Shown: piece after piece, positions 7,466-18,370 of the stretch
Position numbering within the stretch: position 1 is the first letter of the stretch
Layout: every line of letters begins with the position of its first letter
Origin: Alphaproteobacteria bacterium
Lineage (GTDB): Bacteria > Pseudomonadota > Alphaproteobacteria > Micropepsales > Micropepsaceae
Assembly (NCBI GenBank): GCA_021413465.1
Contig: JAIOQG010000004.1
Location: forward strand, 1 to 42,587
Direction of reading: 5' to 3'
Length of the DNA: 42,587 nt
Made by a program: the position numbers and the translations under genes
The notes under the pieces: model-generated
Database searches by the model: none
What the model was told of the DNA's origin: nothing
Seen by the model: only the letters and a program-made list of their open reading frames with translations

Positions 7466-10441
7466 ATGCGTTGGCGCCCCGCCCGGCAACTTGGCCTGTT
7501 CGTATGTGTCGCCGCCGCGCTGGCCCTCGCGTCGTGCTCCCAGTCAACCCCAAGGCTCCAATCGACGCAGTCGCTGGATCCTGCGCGCCCCGAATATGCC
7601 TATTGGCCGCACGAGGCGAGCGATCTCAAGCCCGATCCCGCGATCCGCTACGGCGTGCTCGCCAACGGCATGCGCTATGCGATTATGCGCAACGCCCAGC
7701 CGGCCGGAACGGTGTCCCTAAAAATTCGCATTGCCTCGGGCTCGCTTCAAGAAAGCGACCAGCAGCGCGGCCTCGCGCACTTCATGGAGCACATGGCCTT
7801 CAACGGCTCGAAGAACGTGCCGGAAGGCGAGTATGTGAAACTGCTTCAGCGAAAGGGCCTGGCGTTCGGCGCCCACACCAACGCCTACACCTCGACCAAC
7901 GAAACCGTCTACATGCTCGAGCTGCCCAAGAACGATAGCGATTTGATCGACACGGGCTTGATGCTGTTCCGCGAGATCGGCGACCGCTTGACCTTGGACC
8001 CGGCGGCAATCGAGCGTGAAAAAGGTGTCGTGCTGTCCGAGCTGCGCACCCGCAACACGCCGGAATACCGCACCTTTGAAGCGCGCTGGGGCCTTTGGTA
8101 CGACGGTCAACGTCAAGCCGCGCGCCTTCCCATCGGCACGGTTGAAACGATAAAGGGCGCCGATCACGCCTTGCTCGCCGACTATTACGCACGCTTTTAC
8201 CGGCCGGAGCGCACATTGGTCATCGCGACGGGTGACTTCGATCCGGCCGATATCGAATCGAAAATCAAAGCGCGCTTTGCGGACTGGCCGGCGGCGAAAG
8301 CCGTGTCGCCTGACCCGGACTTGGGAACCGTCAAGCAACGTTCGCTTACGGTTGCCTCGCGCGTCGAGCCCAATCTTCCCGAAGACATCACGCTCAGCTG
8401 GTTCAAGGGCCCCGACGATGCCGTCGACAGCACGGCCGAACGCCGCGCTAACGCTTTGCGAAATGTCGCTTTCGAAGTTGTGAACCGCAGGCTTGGACGC
8501 ATCGCACGTTCTGCCAACGCGCCGTTCGTGTCGGCGAGCCTTGGCTATTCCACCACACGCGGCACATCCAGATCGGCATCGCTGTCGATCAGCGCCAGGC
8601 CGGGCCAATGGCGCACCGCCATGGCCGCCGCCGAGCAGGAACTTCGCCGGGCATTGGTGCACGGCTTTCATCAAAGCGAGATCGATCGCGAGGTGAAATC
8701 CTGGCGCGCCGGCTATGAAGACAGCGTTGCCAAGGCGGGAACCCGACGCACCCCGGACCTCGCCAGTCAAATAGCGTCCGAGTTCGAATCCCGCGGCGTC
8801 TTCACCCACCCAAGCGTTGACTTGGAAATCTTCAACGCGACAGTGCCGGCTCTCACGGCGGACGCAACTTTGGCGGCCCTCCGTGACGCCGTGACGGGGC
8901 AGGGACCTATCGTATTTGTCTCATCCGGCGTTCCAATCACCGGCGGCGACACGGCCATCGCCGCGGCCTACGAACAGAGCTTCCAAACCGCAGTCGCCGC
9001 GCCGCAAGTGCCCGAGGCCAAGCAGTTTCCCTATACCAGCTTCGGATCGCCAGGCGCCGTCGTCGAAAAGCGCGAGGCTGCCGATCTCGGCATCAGCATG
9101 TTGCGCTTTGCCAACGGTGTCCGCCTCAACGTCAAGCAAACCGATTTCGAAAAAGACACGATCTACGTCACGGTGCGCTTCGCCGGCGGCTACATTCACA
9201 TGCCCCGCAACAAGATCGGCCTCAATTGGGCACTGCCGTTCGGCTTCACCGAAGGCGGCCTCAAGCAATTGACGACCGAGGAGCTGGAAGAATCGCTCAC
9301 CGGGCGCATCGTGTCCACCGATCTGGATCTCGATGAAGAGGCGTTCGAATTTGGCGGCCGCACGAACGCGCGCGACCTCGAGCTGCAGATGCAGCTAATG
9401 GCTGCTTTCGCCACCGATCCCGCCTATCGCTCGAACGGATTCGAGCGTTTGCAGGGCGCGGCCGAAAACTTCATCAAGCAATACACCTCAAGTCCCGGCC
9501 GCGTGCTGTCGCGTGAGCTGCCGTCATTGTTGCGTTCGGGCGATACGCGCTGGGCTTTCCCGACCTTAAGCCAGATGCAGGCGCTGAGGATCGCCGACGT
9601 TCGGTCCACATTGGCGCCGGCTCTAAGCACGGCACCGATCGAAATCTCGATCGTGGGCGATGTAACTGTCGATGCCGCCGTCAATGCCATTGCTGGAACG
9701 TTCGGCGCCTTCAACGCGCGCGCCGGCAAACTCGCCGAACGCCCCGATGCCCGCGCCGTCCACTTTCCGCTCGCCGCGCGCAAGCAAAGCTTCACCCACG
9801 AAGGCAAACCCGATCAGGCGGTGGCCTATGTCGCTTGGCCCGCTCCGGATTTCTACTCAAGTCCAAGGCGCGCCCGCACCGTCTCTTTGCTGCGCGAGAT
9901 GCTAAAGGTACGTCTCACCGACGAGTTCCGCGAAGCCCAAGGCGCAACCTATTCGCCAAGCACCAGCAGTTGGCACTCCGGCGCGCTCCCGGATTTCGGC
10001 TATATTTCGGCGAATGCGGAAACGAAGCCGGAGCTGGTCGACGGCTTTTATCGCACGCTGGACAAAATCGTTGCGGAAATCAGGTCCGGCAATTTCACGG
10101 ACGACCTCATCGCCCGCGCCCGCACCCCCATCGTCAAATCGATCGAGAAGGACCGCCGCGCCAATGCCTTTTGGTTGAGTGCCATCGAAGACATTCAAAC
10201 CGAGCCGCGGTCGTTGGAAGGAATCAGGACGCAGCTCAGCGACGTCGAAAGCATCACCAAAGACGAACTTGTCGCAGTCGCTCAAAAATACCTCGACAAC
10301 AAGCGTCGCGTGGAAATCCGCATCTTGCCCGTCAAGCAGTCCGCGCTGTCCCTCCCGCCGAATGCCGGTAAGCGAGCGGAAATGGCGCCAAAACAACCTG
10401 TGCGCGAGCGCGAATTGGCGCTCGCGTATCAGCACCATTGA
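7466..10441 (+). CDS. M16 (pitrilysin/insulinase) family zinc peptidase, predicted lipoprotein
   Basis: 991 aa. Inverted zinc motif HFMEH (HxxEH), and a signal peptide with lipobox LALASC. GGAGAA lies 7 nt upstream of the ATG. Confidence 0.85.
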   Translation: MRWRPARQLGLFVCVAAALALASCSQSTPRLQSTQSLDPARPEYAYWPHEASDLKPDPAIRYGVLANGMRYAIMRNAQPAGTVSLKIRIASGSLQESDQQRGLAHFMEHMAFNGSKNVPEGEYVKLLQRKGLAFGAHTNAYTSTNETVYMLELPKNDSDLIDTGLMLFREIGDRLTLDPAAIEREKGVVLSELRTRNTPEYRTFEARWGLWYDGQRQAARLPIGTVETIKGADHALLADYYARFYRPERTLVIATGDFDPADIESKIKARFADWPAAKAVSPDPDLGTVKQRSLTVASRVEPNLPEDITLSWFKGPDDAVDSTAERRANALRNVAFEVVNRRLGRIARSANAPFVSASLGYSTTRGTSRSASLSISARPGQWRTAMAAAEQELRRALVHGFHQSEIDREVKSWRAGYEDSVAKAGTRRTPDLASQIASEFESRGVFTHPSVDLEIFNATVPALTADATLAALRDAVTGQGPIVFVSSGVPITGGDTAIAAAYEQSFQTAVAAPQVPEAKQFPYTSFGSPGAVVEKREAADLGISMLRFANGVRLNVKQTDFEKDTIYVTVRFAGGYIHMPRNKIGLNWALPFGFTEGGLKQLTTEELEESLTGRIVSTDLDLDEEAFEFGGRTNARDLELQMQLMAAFATDPAYRSNGFERLQGAAENFIKQYTSSPGRVLSRELPSLLRSGDTRWAFPTLSQMQALRIADVRSTLAPALSTAPIEISIVGDVTVDAAVNAIAGTFGAFNARAGKLAERPDARAVHFPLAARKQSFTHEGKPDQAVAYVAWPAPDFYSSPRRARTVSLLREMLKVRLTDEFREAQGATYSPSTSSWHSGALPDFGYISANAETKPELVDGFYRTLDKIVAEIRSGNFTDDLIARARTPIVKSIEKDRRANAFWLSAIEDIQTEPRSLEGIRTQLSDVESITKDELVAVAQKYLDNKRRVEIRILPVKQSALSLPPNAGKRAEMAPKQPVRERELALAYQHH

Positions 10442-10541
10442 GCCAAAATGCCGTGTTTCCACCTGTCCCGGCCGCCGCTTTACGCCACCGTCACTGCACG
10501 CCATAGTCCGCCGAGATCGCGAGTCACAGGGCCACGCCCAT

Positions 10542-10925
10542 ATGTTTAAGTTCTTGAATTGGCTGCTAACCTGGTGGAACGGCAACACCCTGGGCACTTG
10601 GATATACACCAAGCGAAATGGCCGATTTGTCGGCGAAGACGTGTTCGGAAACACCTACTACCAAACCAGGGATGCCGCCCGCCGCTGGGTGCTGTACAAA
10701 GGCCTGGCAGAGCCATCTTTGGTGCCTCCTGAGTGGCATGGCTGGTTGCATCACACGGTCGATGAGCCGCCGACGGTCGCGCCGCCGAAGGTCAAGTCTT
10801 GGGAAAAGGAACACTTGCCAAATTTAACCGGAACGCCTTTTGCTTACCGGCCACCCGGCAGCCTTCTGGGCCAGGGCGAGCGCGCCCATGCCACGGGTGA
10901 CTACGAAGCTTGGCGTCCGGAGTAG
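10542..10925 (+). CDS. NADH:ubiquinone oxidoreductase subunit NDUFA12-like protein
   Basis: MFKFLNWLLTWWNGNTLGTWIYTKRNGRFVGEDVFGNTYYQ..WHGWLHHTVDEPP matches the conserved bacterial NDUFA12 family pattern. The start is an internal ATG of track ORF 10179-10925. Confidence 0.8.
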   Translation: MFKFLNWLLTWWNGNTLGTWIYTKRNGRFVGEDVFGNTYYQTRDAARRWVLYKGLAEPSLVPPEWHGWLHHTVDEPPTVAPPKVKSWEKEHLPNLTGTPFAYRPPGSLLGQGERAHATGDYEAWRPE

Positions 10926-10934
10926 GGGAATTCG

Positions 10935-11447
10935 ATGCAGAACGGATTTGTCGAAACGTTGATCGGTGCGGCCGTGGTAATCGTCGCGGGCGTGTTCTTT
11001 TATTACGGTTGGAACACGACCGGGTCGGGCTCGGTTGCGGGCTATGAAGTTTTGGCCAAGTTCGACCGCGTCGACGGCATAGGCGTCGGTACCGACGTGC
11101 GCCTTTCGGGCATCAAAATCGGCGCCGTGACGAACCAAGAGCTTGATCTCAAGTCCTATCGTGCGCTGCTTCGCATGAACATCAAGAAGGACATCGCGCT
11201 TCCCGAAGATTCGTCGGTCAAGGTGGCGAGCGAAGGTTTGTTGGGCGGATCCTATCTTTCCATTTCCCCCGGCGGCAGCGATACGATGATGAAACCGGGT
11301 TCCGAATTCGAATCCACCCAAGGGTCGATCGATTTCGTAGGCCTTATGTTCCAGGCCATGACAGGCGGTGGAGCGGACAAGAAATCGGATACCCCTCCCG
11401 CCGGCACCTCGCCTGCAACACCGGCACCGGCGCCGGCCATTCAGTGA
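10935..11447 (+). CDS. mlaD: Outer-membrane lipid asymmetry maintenance protein MlaD (MCE domain)
   Basis: N-terminal TM (LIGAAVVIVAGVFFYYGW) followed by an MCE domain (..FDRVDGIGVGTDVRLSGIKIGAV..). Conserved position next to NDUFA12-like and DUF2155 genes. Confidence 0.8.
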   Translation: MQNGFVETLIGAAVVIVAGVFFYYGWNTTGSGSVAGYEVLAKFDRVDGIGVGTDVRLSGIKIGAVTNQELDLKSYRALLRMNIKKDIALPEDSSVKVASEGLLGGSYLSISPGGSDTMMKPGSEFESTQGSIDFVGLMFQAMTGGGADKKSDTPPAGTSPATPAPAPAIQ

Positions 11448-11500
11448 TTTCGTCACGGTTGCGGCAGTTGATGATGCCCTCGCAATCAGCGTCCTGGTAA

Positions 11501-12097
11501 GTGAGTCCCATGAAAACACGCGTCTGGTTGCTTTCGAGTCTTTGCGTTTCGATGTCGCTCCTGGCTTGGAGCGTCGTCGCGACGGCGCAGCCGATTCCGC
11601 CGCCGCCCTCGGAAGAAACCTTTCCCGTCGATCCCGAAACCGCACCTCCGATTGAAACCGCACCGATTCCTCCGGTCGAAATGCCCGGAATTCCCGAACA
11701 GCCGGTCACGCCGCCCGCGCCCGAGATCGTTGTCCCAGCACCCCCGTCGAGTGCGGCACCCGTGGCGATCGGCGTCGTCCTCGGCGGCCTCGACAAGGTT
11801 GCCGCGCGCACGGCCAAATTCGAAGTCAATTTGAAGCAGCAAGTTTTCTACAACACGCTCATCATCACCGCGCAGATGTGCAAAACGCGCCCGCCGGAAG
11901 AACCGCCGGAATCGGCTGCGTTTCTTGAAATCCAAGAACGAAAGTCCGACGGCAGCGTTCAAAAGATATTCTCGGGCTGGATGTTCGCCTCAAGCCCGGC
12001 GCTTAACGCGCTGGAACATCCTGTCTACGACGTCTGGGTCGTAAGCTGCAAAACGGTGCCAGCACAGACGGCTGCACCCGCCCCGCCCAACACATAG
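11501..12097 (+). CDS. DUF2155 domain-containing secreted protein with Pro-rich linker
   Basis: Signal peptide ([26 protein letters not shown]), a Pro-rich region, then the DUF2155-like core ..[59 protein letters not shown]. The start is GTG 11501 or ATG 11510. Confidence 0.65.
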   Translation: MSPMKTRVWLLSSLCVSMSLLAWSVVATAQPIPPPPSEETFPVDPETAPPIETAPIPPVEMPGIPEQPVTPPAPEIVVPAPPSSAAPVAIGVVLGGLDKVAARTAKFEVNLKQQVFYNTLIITAQMCKTRPPEEPPESAAFLEIQERKSDGSVQKIFSGWMFASSPALNALEHPVYDVWVVSCKTVPAQTAAPAPPNT

Positions 12098-12711
12098 AAA
12101 TTAGCGGTGCTGTCGACCGCATCTTTGAGCAGCCTGCGATAGCGCTCCCGCTCGATCTCGACGGCGCCGAATTGCTTGAGATGCTCGGTGACGAACTGCG
12201 TGTCCAGCAGCGTAAAGCCGCCAGCCTTTAGCCGCGCCACAAGGTGCACCAGCGCCATTTTGCTGACGTCTCTCTTACGGCTGAACATGCTTTCGCCGAA
12301 GAATGCCGCCCCGATTGAAACGCCGTAAAGCCCGCCCACCAAATCCGGCCCGTCCCAAACCTCCACGCTGTGCGCATGCCCCAACGCATAAAGGTTGGCA
12401 TAAGACCGCTCGATCAGCGGGTTGATCCAGGTCTTGGCGCGCTGCGGCGCCGGATCGGCACACGCCGCCATCACCGCCGCAAACGCCGTATCGACGGTCA
12501 TGCGAAAAAGGCTTGCTCTGATGCTGCGCGCCAAACGACTTGGGACCCGAAACGTGTTCAGCGGCAAGATGCCCCGCCGCTCCGGATCCAGCCAAAACAC
12601 GTCCTCGTCGTCGCGCTCTTCCGCCATCGGAAAAATGCCGCGGCTATAGGCGGTCAGCAATGTAGCGGCAGGAATAATGTCGGGCGGTGGCGGCCGTTTG
12701 GACTTCGCCAT
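12025..12711 (-). CDS. aat: Leucyl/phenylalanyl-tRNA--protein transferase
   Basis: ..[45 protein letters not shown].. and ..[29 protein letters not shown].. are typical Aat motifs. Confidence 0.85.
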   Translation of the reverse strand: MAKSKRPPPPDIIPAATLLTAYSRGIFPMAEERDDEDVFWLDPERRGILPLNTFRVPSRLARSIRASLFRMTVDTAFAAVMAACADPAPQRAKTWINPLIERSYANLYALGHAHSVEVWDGPDLVGGLYGVSIGAAFFGESMFSRKRDVSKMALVHLVARLKAGGFTLLDTQFVTEHLKQFGAVEIERERYRRLLKDAVDSTANFYVLGGAGAAVCAGTVLQLTTQTS

Positions 12712-12722
12712 GGCGGCGCCCC

Positions 12723-14069
12723 TTAAGCCGAGCGCCGCTTCAGAAATTGTTCAAGCCAATGGATCGAGTAATTGCCGTCGATGATATCGGGCTCGGTGAC
12801 CAACGCTTGAAACAGCGGGATCGTCGTTTCGATACCGTCGATCACGAACTCCGACAAACTGCGCCGCAGTCGCATCAAACACTCGGTGCGATTGCGCCCG
12901 TGCACGATCAGCTTTCCGATCAGGCTGTCGTAGAAGGGCGGAATGCGGTAGCCGGAATAAGCGGCCGAATCCACGCGCACGCCCAAGCCTCCCGGCACAT
13001 GGAAGTCTTTGATCAGGCCTGGCGAGGGACGAAACGTCGCCGGATTTTCGGCATTGATCCGGCATTCGATCGCGTGCCCCGAAAACGTCACGTCCTCTTG
13101 GTTGAAATCGATCGCGCCGCCATGCGCCACGCGCAACTGCTCGCGCACCAGATCGAGGCCCGTGACCATCTCCGTCACAGGATGCTCAACCTGCAAACGC
13201 GTATTCATTTCGATAAAATAGAATTCGCCGTTCTCGTAAAGGAACTCGATCGTGCCCACGCCCAGATAGCCGAGTTTTGTCAGCGCGTCGGTAACAACGC
13301 GCCCGATCTTGTCGCGCGCCGTCGCGTTCAGAGCGGGCGAGCCCGCCTCTTCCCAAACCTTTTGGTGCCGCCGCTGGAGCGAGCAATCGCGCTCGCCCAA
13401 ATGCACGACCTTGCCGTGGCTGTCCGCCAGAACCTGAATTTCGATATGCCGCGGCAGCTGCAGATATTTCTCGAGGTAGACCGCATCGTCGCCGAACGCC
13501 GCCTTCGCTTCCGACCGCGCCGTCGACAGCGCCATCGAAAGCTCGCCCTCGTTCTGCGCCACTTTCATGCCGCGCCCGCCGCCGCCGGCCGCCGCCTTCA
13601 CCAAGACCGGATAGCCGATCTTGTTGGCGACGCGCATGGCTTCATGGTCGTCGGTGATACCGCCGTCCGATCCCGGCACGACGGGAATGCCAAGCCCCTG
13701 CACAGCCTTCTTGGCTTGGATCTTGTCGCCCATCAGACGAATATGTTCGGGCTTTGGGCCGATAAAGACCAACCCGTGCTCTCCGACGATTTCTGCAAAT
13801 CGCGCATTCTCGGACAAGAAGCCATAGCCCGGATGAATGGCATTGGCGCCCGTGATTTCGCACGCCGTCACGATGGCTGGAATGTTGAGATAACTGTCGC
13901 GCGCCGCGGGCGGACCCACACAGACGCTTTCGTCGGCCATGCGCACATGCATAGCGTTGGCGTCGGCGGTCGAGTGAATGGCAACGGTCTTGATGCCCAT
14001 CTCGTGGCAAGCACGATTGATGCGCATGGCAATCTCGCCGCGATTGGCGATGAGGACTTTGTCAAACAT
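12723..14069 (-). CDS. accC: Acetyl-CoA carboxylase, biotin carboxylase subunit
   Basis: 448 aa. [17 protein letters not shown].., ATP-grasp Gly loop [12 protein letters not shown], and ..[14 protein letters not shown].. Full-length match to AccC architecture. Confidence 0.97.
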   Translation of the reverse strand: MFDKVLIANRGEIAMRINRACHEMGIKTVAIHSTADANAMHVRMADESVCVGPPAARDSYLNIPAIVTACEITGANAIHPGYGFLSENARFAEIVGEHGLVFIGPKPEHIRLMGDKIQAKKAVQGLGIPVVPGSDGGITDDHEAMRVANKIGYPVLVKAAAGGGGRGMKVAQNEGELSMALSTARSEAKAAFGDDAVYLEKYLQLPRHIEIQVLADSHGKVVHLGERDCSLQRRHQKVWEEAGSPALNATARDKIGRVVTDALTKLGYLGVGTIEFLYENGEFYFIEMNTRLQVEHPVTEMVTGLDLVREQLRVAHGGAIDFNQEDVTFSGHAIECRINAENPATFRPSPGLIKDFHVPGGLGVRVDSAAYSGYRIPPFYDSLIGKLIVHGRNRTECLMRLRRSLSEFVIDGIETTIPLFQALVTEPDIIDGNYSIHWLEQFLKRRSA

Positions 14070-14084
14070 CGCGTGTGTGCGCCG

Positions 14085-14555
14085 TCACTCGATGATCATC
14101 AACGGTTCGCCGAATTCAACCGGCTGCCCGTCGCTGATGATAACTTGCGTCACCCGTCCCGCGCGCGGCGCAGGAATTTGGTTCATGGTCTTCATCGCCT
14201 CGATGATCAGAAGCGTCTGCCCCTCCGTCACCATGTCGCCGACTTTCACAAAGGTCGGCGCGCCCGGTGTCGGTGCAACATAGGCCGTACCCACCATCGG
14301 CGATGCCACCAAGCCAGGGTGACCCGAAATATCGGTCGACTTCGGTGCCGCAGGTTGCCCGGCAGGGCGGCCAGCCGCGGCAATCGACGCCGCCGGCGCC
14401 GCAGCGACCATCTGAACCATCCGTGCCACGCGCACACGTAGACCCGATTTTTCGATCTCGATCTCGCTCAGCCCGGTCTCGTCGAGTATGGCCGCAAGAT
14501 CCCGGATCAACTTTCCTTCCAATGGATCGCTTGCCGCTTTTTCTTCTTTGCTCAT
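14085..14555 (-). CDS. accB: Acetyl-CoA carboxylase biotin carboxyl carrier protein
   Basis: 156 aa. Ala/Pro linker and biotinylation motif IEAMKTMNQI, located immediately upstream of accC. Confidence 0.93.
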   Translation of the reverse strand: MSKEEKAASDPLEGKLIRDLAAILDETGLSEIEIEKSGLRVRVARMVQMVAAAPAASIAAAGRPAGQPAAPKSTDISGHPGLVASPMVGTAYVAPTPGAPTFVKVGDMVTEGQTLLIIEAMKTMNQIPAPRAGRVTQVIISDGQPVEFGEPLMIIE

Positions 14556-15016
14556 GCTTGACCCTTCTTGGACGCGCGCGCGGAGATCAGTGTCGCTAAC
14601 GCTTCTATAGCCAGAGAATACCCTTGCGCGCCGAGCCCGCAGATCACGCCGGTCACGACCGGCGAGACGAACGACGTGTGCCGGAACGGCTCGCGCTTAT
14701 AGGGATTGGAAATGTGGACTTCGATGACCGGCAACTCGACGGCCTTCAGCGCATCGTGCAGCGCAACCGAGGTATGCGTATAAGCCCCGGCGTTCAAAAC
14801 GACGCCTGAGGCCGAAACGCGCGCTTCCTGCAGCCAATCGACCAGCTCGCCCTCGTGATTACTCTGCCGGAACTCGATGCCTAGCCCATGGGCCCCGGCA
14901 CACTTGCGCGCCTCGGCCTCGATATCCGCAAGCGTAGTGTGCCCATAGATTTCCGGCTCGCGGGAACCCAAGAGGTTGAGATTTGGACCATTGAGAACAA
15001 AGAGTGGCTTTGCCAT
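14552..15016 (-). CDS. aroQ: Type II 3-dehydroquinate dehydratase
   Basis: VLNGPNLNLLGSREPEIYG signature and ..IEVHISNPYKRE.. 4-nt overlap with accB (aroQ-accB-accC operon). Confidence 0.93.
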   Translation of the reverse strand: MAKPLFVLNGPNLNLLGSREPEIYGHTTLADIEAEARKCAGAHGLGIEFRQSNHEGELVDWLQEARVSASGVVLNAGAYTHTSVALHDALKAVELPVIEVHISNPYKREPFRHTSFVSPVVTGVICGLGAQGYSLAIEALATLISARASKKGQA

Positions 15017-15179
15017 ATCGTCCGGGGAGCAGGGCGGGTGTCTAGGTTGCGGTGCGCCGTTCTTATAGCCAGTCCCGGCGGAGCGCGAAAGCCGTCTGAT
15101 TTCCAGTGGTTAGTGCCCCTCGAACGCGCTATCTGATTGACGACACAGACGGATTTGGACAACCGGAATCGCTCGACGC

Positions 15180-15380
15180 ATGCGCATTCAGCTGAACGGT
15201 AAAGATCATGAGCTGGCAGGTTCGATTTCGGTCGCCATTCTCGTCGAGCGACTGGGCCTCGACATACGCAAAGTCGCGGTCGAGCGAAACCTGGAAATCG
15301 TCCCGCGTTCGGCCTATGGAGCCACGGCGCTCGAAGAAGGCGACAAGCTTGAGATCGTAAATTTCGTAGGTGGTGGCTAA
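15180..15380 (+). CDS. thiS: Thiamine biosynthesis sulfur carrier protein ThiS
   Basis: 66 aa with a ubiquitin-like fold pattern, C-terminal ..VNFVGGG, directly upstream of thiG. Confidence 0.85.
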   Translation: MRIQLNGKDHELAGSISVAILVERLGLDIRKVAVERNLEIVPRSAYGATALEEGDKLEIVNFVGGG

Positions 15381-15383
15381 GTC

Positions 15384-16163
15384 ATGACGATGCAAAACGA
15401 TACCTGGACCGTCGCCGGCCGCACTTTCCGTTCACGCCTCATTGTGGGCACGGGGAAGTACAAGGACTATGCCGAGAACGCCGCCGCCCTCGAAGCGTCG
15501 GGCGCCGAAATCGTGACGGTGGCGCTGCGGCGCGTGAACGTCAGCGACGCCGGCAGCCCAAAACTGGTCGATTTTATCGACCCCAAAAAATACACCTACC
15601 TACCCAACACGGCCGGTTGCTATACGGCCGAAGAGGCCATGCGCACGCTGAGACTCGCGCGCGAAGCTGGCGGCTGGTCGTTGGTAAAGTTGGAAGTGCT
15701 GGGTGATCGCAAGACACTCTACCCCGACATGATCGAAACGCTGCGTGCCGCCGAAACGTTGGTGAAAGACGGCTTCGACGTAATGGTCTATTGCACCGAC
15801 GATCCGCTGATGTGCAAACGGCTTGAAGACTTGGGCTGTGCCGCGATCATGCCGCTGGCGGCTCCCATCGGCTCGGGCCTTGGCATACAGAATCCGATCA
15901 ACATTCGTTTGATCGTAGAAGGGTCGAAGGTGCCCGTGCTTGTCGACGCCGGCGTGGGCACCGCATCCGACGCCGCCATCGCCATGGAGCTGGGCTGCGA
16001 CGGCGTGCTCATGAATACGGCGATCGCCGAAGCGAAAGAGCCGGTGATGATGGCGCGCGCCATGAGACTCGCCGTCGAATCCGGACGTTTGGCCTACCGC
16101 GCCGGCCGCATGAAGAAAAAGAGCTACGCCGACCCGTCGTCGCCGCTGGCCGGCTTGATTTAG
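15384..16163 (+). CDS. thiG: Thiazole synthase
   Basis: ..[41 protein letters not shown].. are ThiG hallmarks. 259 aa. Confidence 0.93.
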   Translation: MTMQNDTWTVAGRTFRSRLIVGTGKYKDYAENAAALEASGAEIVTVALRRVNVSDAGSPKLVDFIDPKKYTYLPNTAGCYTAEEAMRTLRLAREAGGWSLVKLEVLGDRKTLYPDMIETLRAAETLVKDGFDVMVYCTDDPLMCKRLEDLGCAAIMPLAAPIGSGLGIQNPINIRLIVEGSKVPVLVDAGVGTASDAAIAMELGCDGVLMNTAIAEAKEPVMMARAMRLAVESGRLAYRAGRMKKKSYADPSSPLAGLI

Positions 16164-16945
16164 CTCGGCCGTGCTTTGCGCGCGGCCGTAATCGCTTCTT
16201 TCATCTCCTTCAATGTCATGGCGCCGGTGTAGGGCTGGTCGCCGATGAAGAAGGTCGGCGTTGCGTCGACCCCGATCGTTTGGCCAAGCTTTTGCGTTTC
16301 GACAAGTCGCGCCTCCACCTTGGCGGCGCGCATGTCCGTGCGCAGTTTGGCGACATCCAACCCGGCTTGTTTTGCAATCGCAAACACACTTTCTTCGCTG
16401 AGATCGTCGGCACCCATCATACCAAGATGAAAGTCCCAATACTTGCCTTGCTCCAACGAAGCCACGGCGGCGCGCGCCGCAAACTCGGACTCCTTGGAAA
16501 GAATGGGATATTCTTTCAGCACCAGGCGCACGCCCCCGTCTTGCTTCAAGAGGTCGACCATCGTTTGCTTGACCTTCTTGCAATACGGGCAGTGGTAATC
16601 GAAAAACTCGACCACCGTGACGTCACCCTTCGGGTTTCCCGCCACAATCGGTTCGGGCTCGCCAAACAGCTGCGCCGCATGCTTCTTGGCGTTGTCTCGC
16701 AAGCTGGTAAGGCGTTCCTCGCCTTCGCGCGATTTTAGCCGGTCGATAGCCTCAAAAATGATCTGCGGATTCTCGAGCAAATAGTTTTTCACGATTTTCT
16801 CGACGTCGCCTTTGCTCATCGCGACGTCGGGTGCGTCGTCGTTGGATCCCGACAGGCCCCCGGCAAAGTGCAACGCACCAAACACCGCAGCCACCATAAT
16901 CACGGCCCCGAGCAAAAGCAGAACGAGAGAATTTTTGTTTGTCAT
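16160..16945 (-). CDS. DsbA-family thiol:disulfide oxidoreductase (membrane-anchored/periplasmic)
   Basis: N-terminal TM/signal, thioredoxin-fold active site [10 protein letters not shown], and a DsbA-like helical insertion. Confidence 0.8.
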   Translation of the reverse strand: MTNKNSLVLLLLGAVIMVAAVFGALHFAGGLSGSNDDAPDVAMSKGDVEKIVKNYLLENPQIIFEAIDRLKSREGEERLTSLRDNAKKHAAQLFGEPEPIVAGNPKGDVTVVEFFDYHCPYCKKVKQTMVDLLKQDGGVRLVLKEYPILSKESEFAARAAVASLEQGKYWDFHLGMMGADDLSEESVFAIAKQAGLDVAKLRTDMRAAKVEARLVETQKLGQTIGVDATPTFFIGDQPYTGAMTLKEMKEAITAARKARPS

Positions 16946-16987
16946 TGAGTTAGCTTTGCCGATCTTTGAGCGTTGGCGGTCGCCGGT

Positions 16988-18370
16988 TTAACGGCGGCGT
17001 TTGCGTTGTTCGGTGGCGCCGGCTTGAGCGATCGACAAAATGTCGTTCGCCCGCTGCCAATCGTTCGAACCTTCTTTGAGCTTACTTTGAGCGCGCCGCG
17101 CAAACGACATCGCTTCCCCGTAGGCACCGATCGAGAAATAGCGCTCGGCTGTGGCCAACGCCGCCAAGTCGTCGTTGTTCGTGCGCGCGTAGGCGTCCGC
17201 CAAATAGTACCAAGCCATCGCGTTGTCTTGCTCGTCTTGCAGCGCTTGTTTGAGGTGCTTCTTGGCTTCCGGCACCAATTTGTCGTCTTCCAGCGCCAAC
17301 AGTGCGGCACCAAGGCCGACCTGAATCAGCGGCTCGTTGGGCGCGAGCTCGGCAGCTTTGCGATAGGCCGGAACGCCGTCCGTCGGGTTACTCGACTCGA
17401 CCAATATCTGACCTTTGAGTTCCCAGTAATAGGCGTAGGTCGGGCGCTCAGCGATCAAACTGTCGATTTCAGGCAGGGCACGCGGCAAGTCCGCGCTCCG
17501 GAAATACGCGGCAGCGCGCGCATAGCGCGCCGGCGCGCTTTTGTCTGAAACCGGGTACAGGCGAAGCACCACCTGCGGCTTCTCGATGAAGCCACGCAAT
17601 TTCGCGCGGATCATCGCGTAGTCGGCCAATTCTTGAGGCGTATCCAATTTGTCTTTACTCGGAGACTCGTCGATCAGTCCTTGCATCGCCGAAATACGAT
17701 CGCGCGACAGCGGATGCGACCGTACGAACGGATCTTGACGGTAGCCGCTCAACGCCTCTTGGTCGGCAAAACGATCGAATACGCCGAGCATGCCGCGCGG
17801 CGATTGACCGGTTGCATTCATGAACTTGACGCCCGCCTGGTCGGCTGCGGATTCCTGAGTTCGGCTGTACGCGAGGATCTCGCGCTGAGCGACCGACTGA
17901 GAGCCAATCAACAGCGCCATCCCGATGTCCGGCGCACCGGCAGCGATAGCCGCCACGCCAGCCAACATCGTGATCAACATCGGTACCTCGGCCTTTGCCA
18001 TGGCTTCCGGTCCGCGCGCCAAATGCCCGCCGGAAATGTGACCAGTTTCGTGCGCGATCACGCCCTTGAGCTCGTTGGGGGTATCGAGCGTCATGATCAT
18101 GCCGGTATGCAGGAACACGTTTTGTCCGCCGGAAACAAAAGCGTTCAAGGAGGGATCGTTGATGACGAAAACATCAACGGCCTTCACATCGAGCCCCGCC
18201 GCCCTGAAAATGGGGTCGGTATAACCGCGCAGAATTTTCTCGATTTCGGCATCGCGAATGCCGGCCTTCGCAAAGGACGGCGACTGGCTTGCCAACAGCG
18301 CGCCGGCGGTAGCCAAGCCAAGTCCCAGTGCGCGCAGGGAATTCTTCAATCCCGAACGATGAGTGCTCAC
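16988..18370 (-). CDS. M48 family metalloprotease with C-terminal TPR repeats (BepA-like)
   Basis: HExxH motif (IAHETGHISGGH), a signal peptide (LRALGLGLATAGALLASQSPSFA), and a TPR-like C-terminal half. The start is set at GTG 18370 with GGAG upstream; the track ORF extends to 18457. Confidence 0.8.
   Translation of the reverse strand: MSTHRSGLKNSLRALGLGLATAGALLASQSPSFAKAGIRDAEIEKILRGYTDPIFRAAGLDVKAVDVFVINDPSLNAFVSGGQNVFLHTGMIMTLDTPNELKGVIAHETGHISGGHLARGPEAMAKAEVPMLITMLAGVAAIAAGAPDIGMALLIGSQSVAQREILAYSRTQESAADQAGVKFMNATGQSPRGMLGVFDRFADQEALSGYRQDPFVRSHPLSRDRISAMQGLIDESPSKDKLDTPQELADYAMIRAKLRGFIEKPQVVLRLYPVSDKSAPARYARAAAYFRSADLPRALPEIDSLIAERPTYAYYWELKGQILVESSNPTDGVPAYRKAAELAPNEPLIQVGLGAALLALEDDKLVPEAKKHLKQALQDEQDNAMAWYYLADAYARTNNDDLAALATAERYFSIGAYGEAMSFARRAQSKLKEGSNDWQRANDILSIAQAGATEQRKRRR

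Noticed and set aside
10824-11663. 279-aa minus-strand ORF antisense to mlaD
   Set aside because: It has no motifs and Arg-rich composition. The plus-strand genes here have conserved family features and synteny.
12687-14441. 584-aa plus-strand ORF covering accC/accB on the opposite strand
   Set aside because: It is Arg/His/Ala-rich low-complexity translation with no recognisable motif. It lies exactly antisense to two unmistakable conserved genes, which is a typical shadow ORF in GC-rich DNA.
15017-15179. Possible TPP (THI-box) riboswitch upstream of thiS-thiG
   Set aside because: I looked for the conserved CUGAGA and ACCUGAUCUGGAUAAUGCCAGCG-type cores. Only a vague CUGAU..CCAG resemblance is present, and there is no CUGAGA element. 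It is not callable without a covariance-model search.
15600-16583. 327-aa minus-strand ORF spanning thiG (antisense) and the dsbA-like gene (alternate frame)
   Set aside because: It has shadow-ORF composition (Arg/Gly/Ala-rich) and crosses a gene boundary. Both overlapped genes have strong family signatures.
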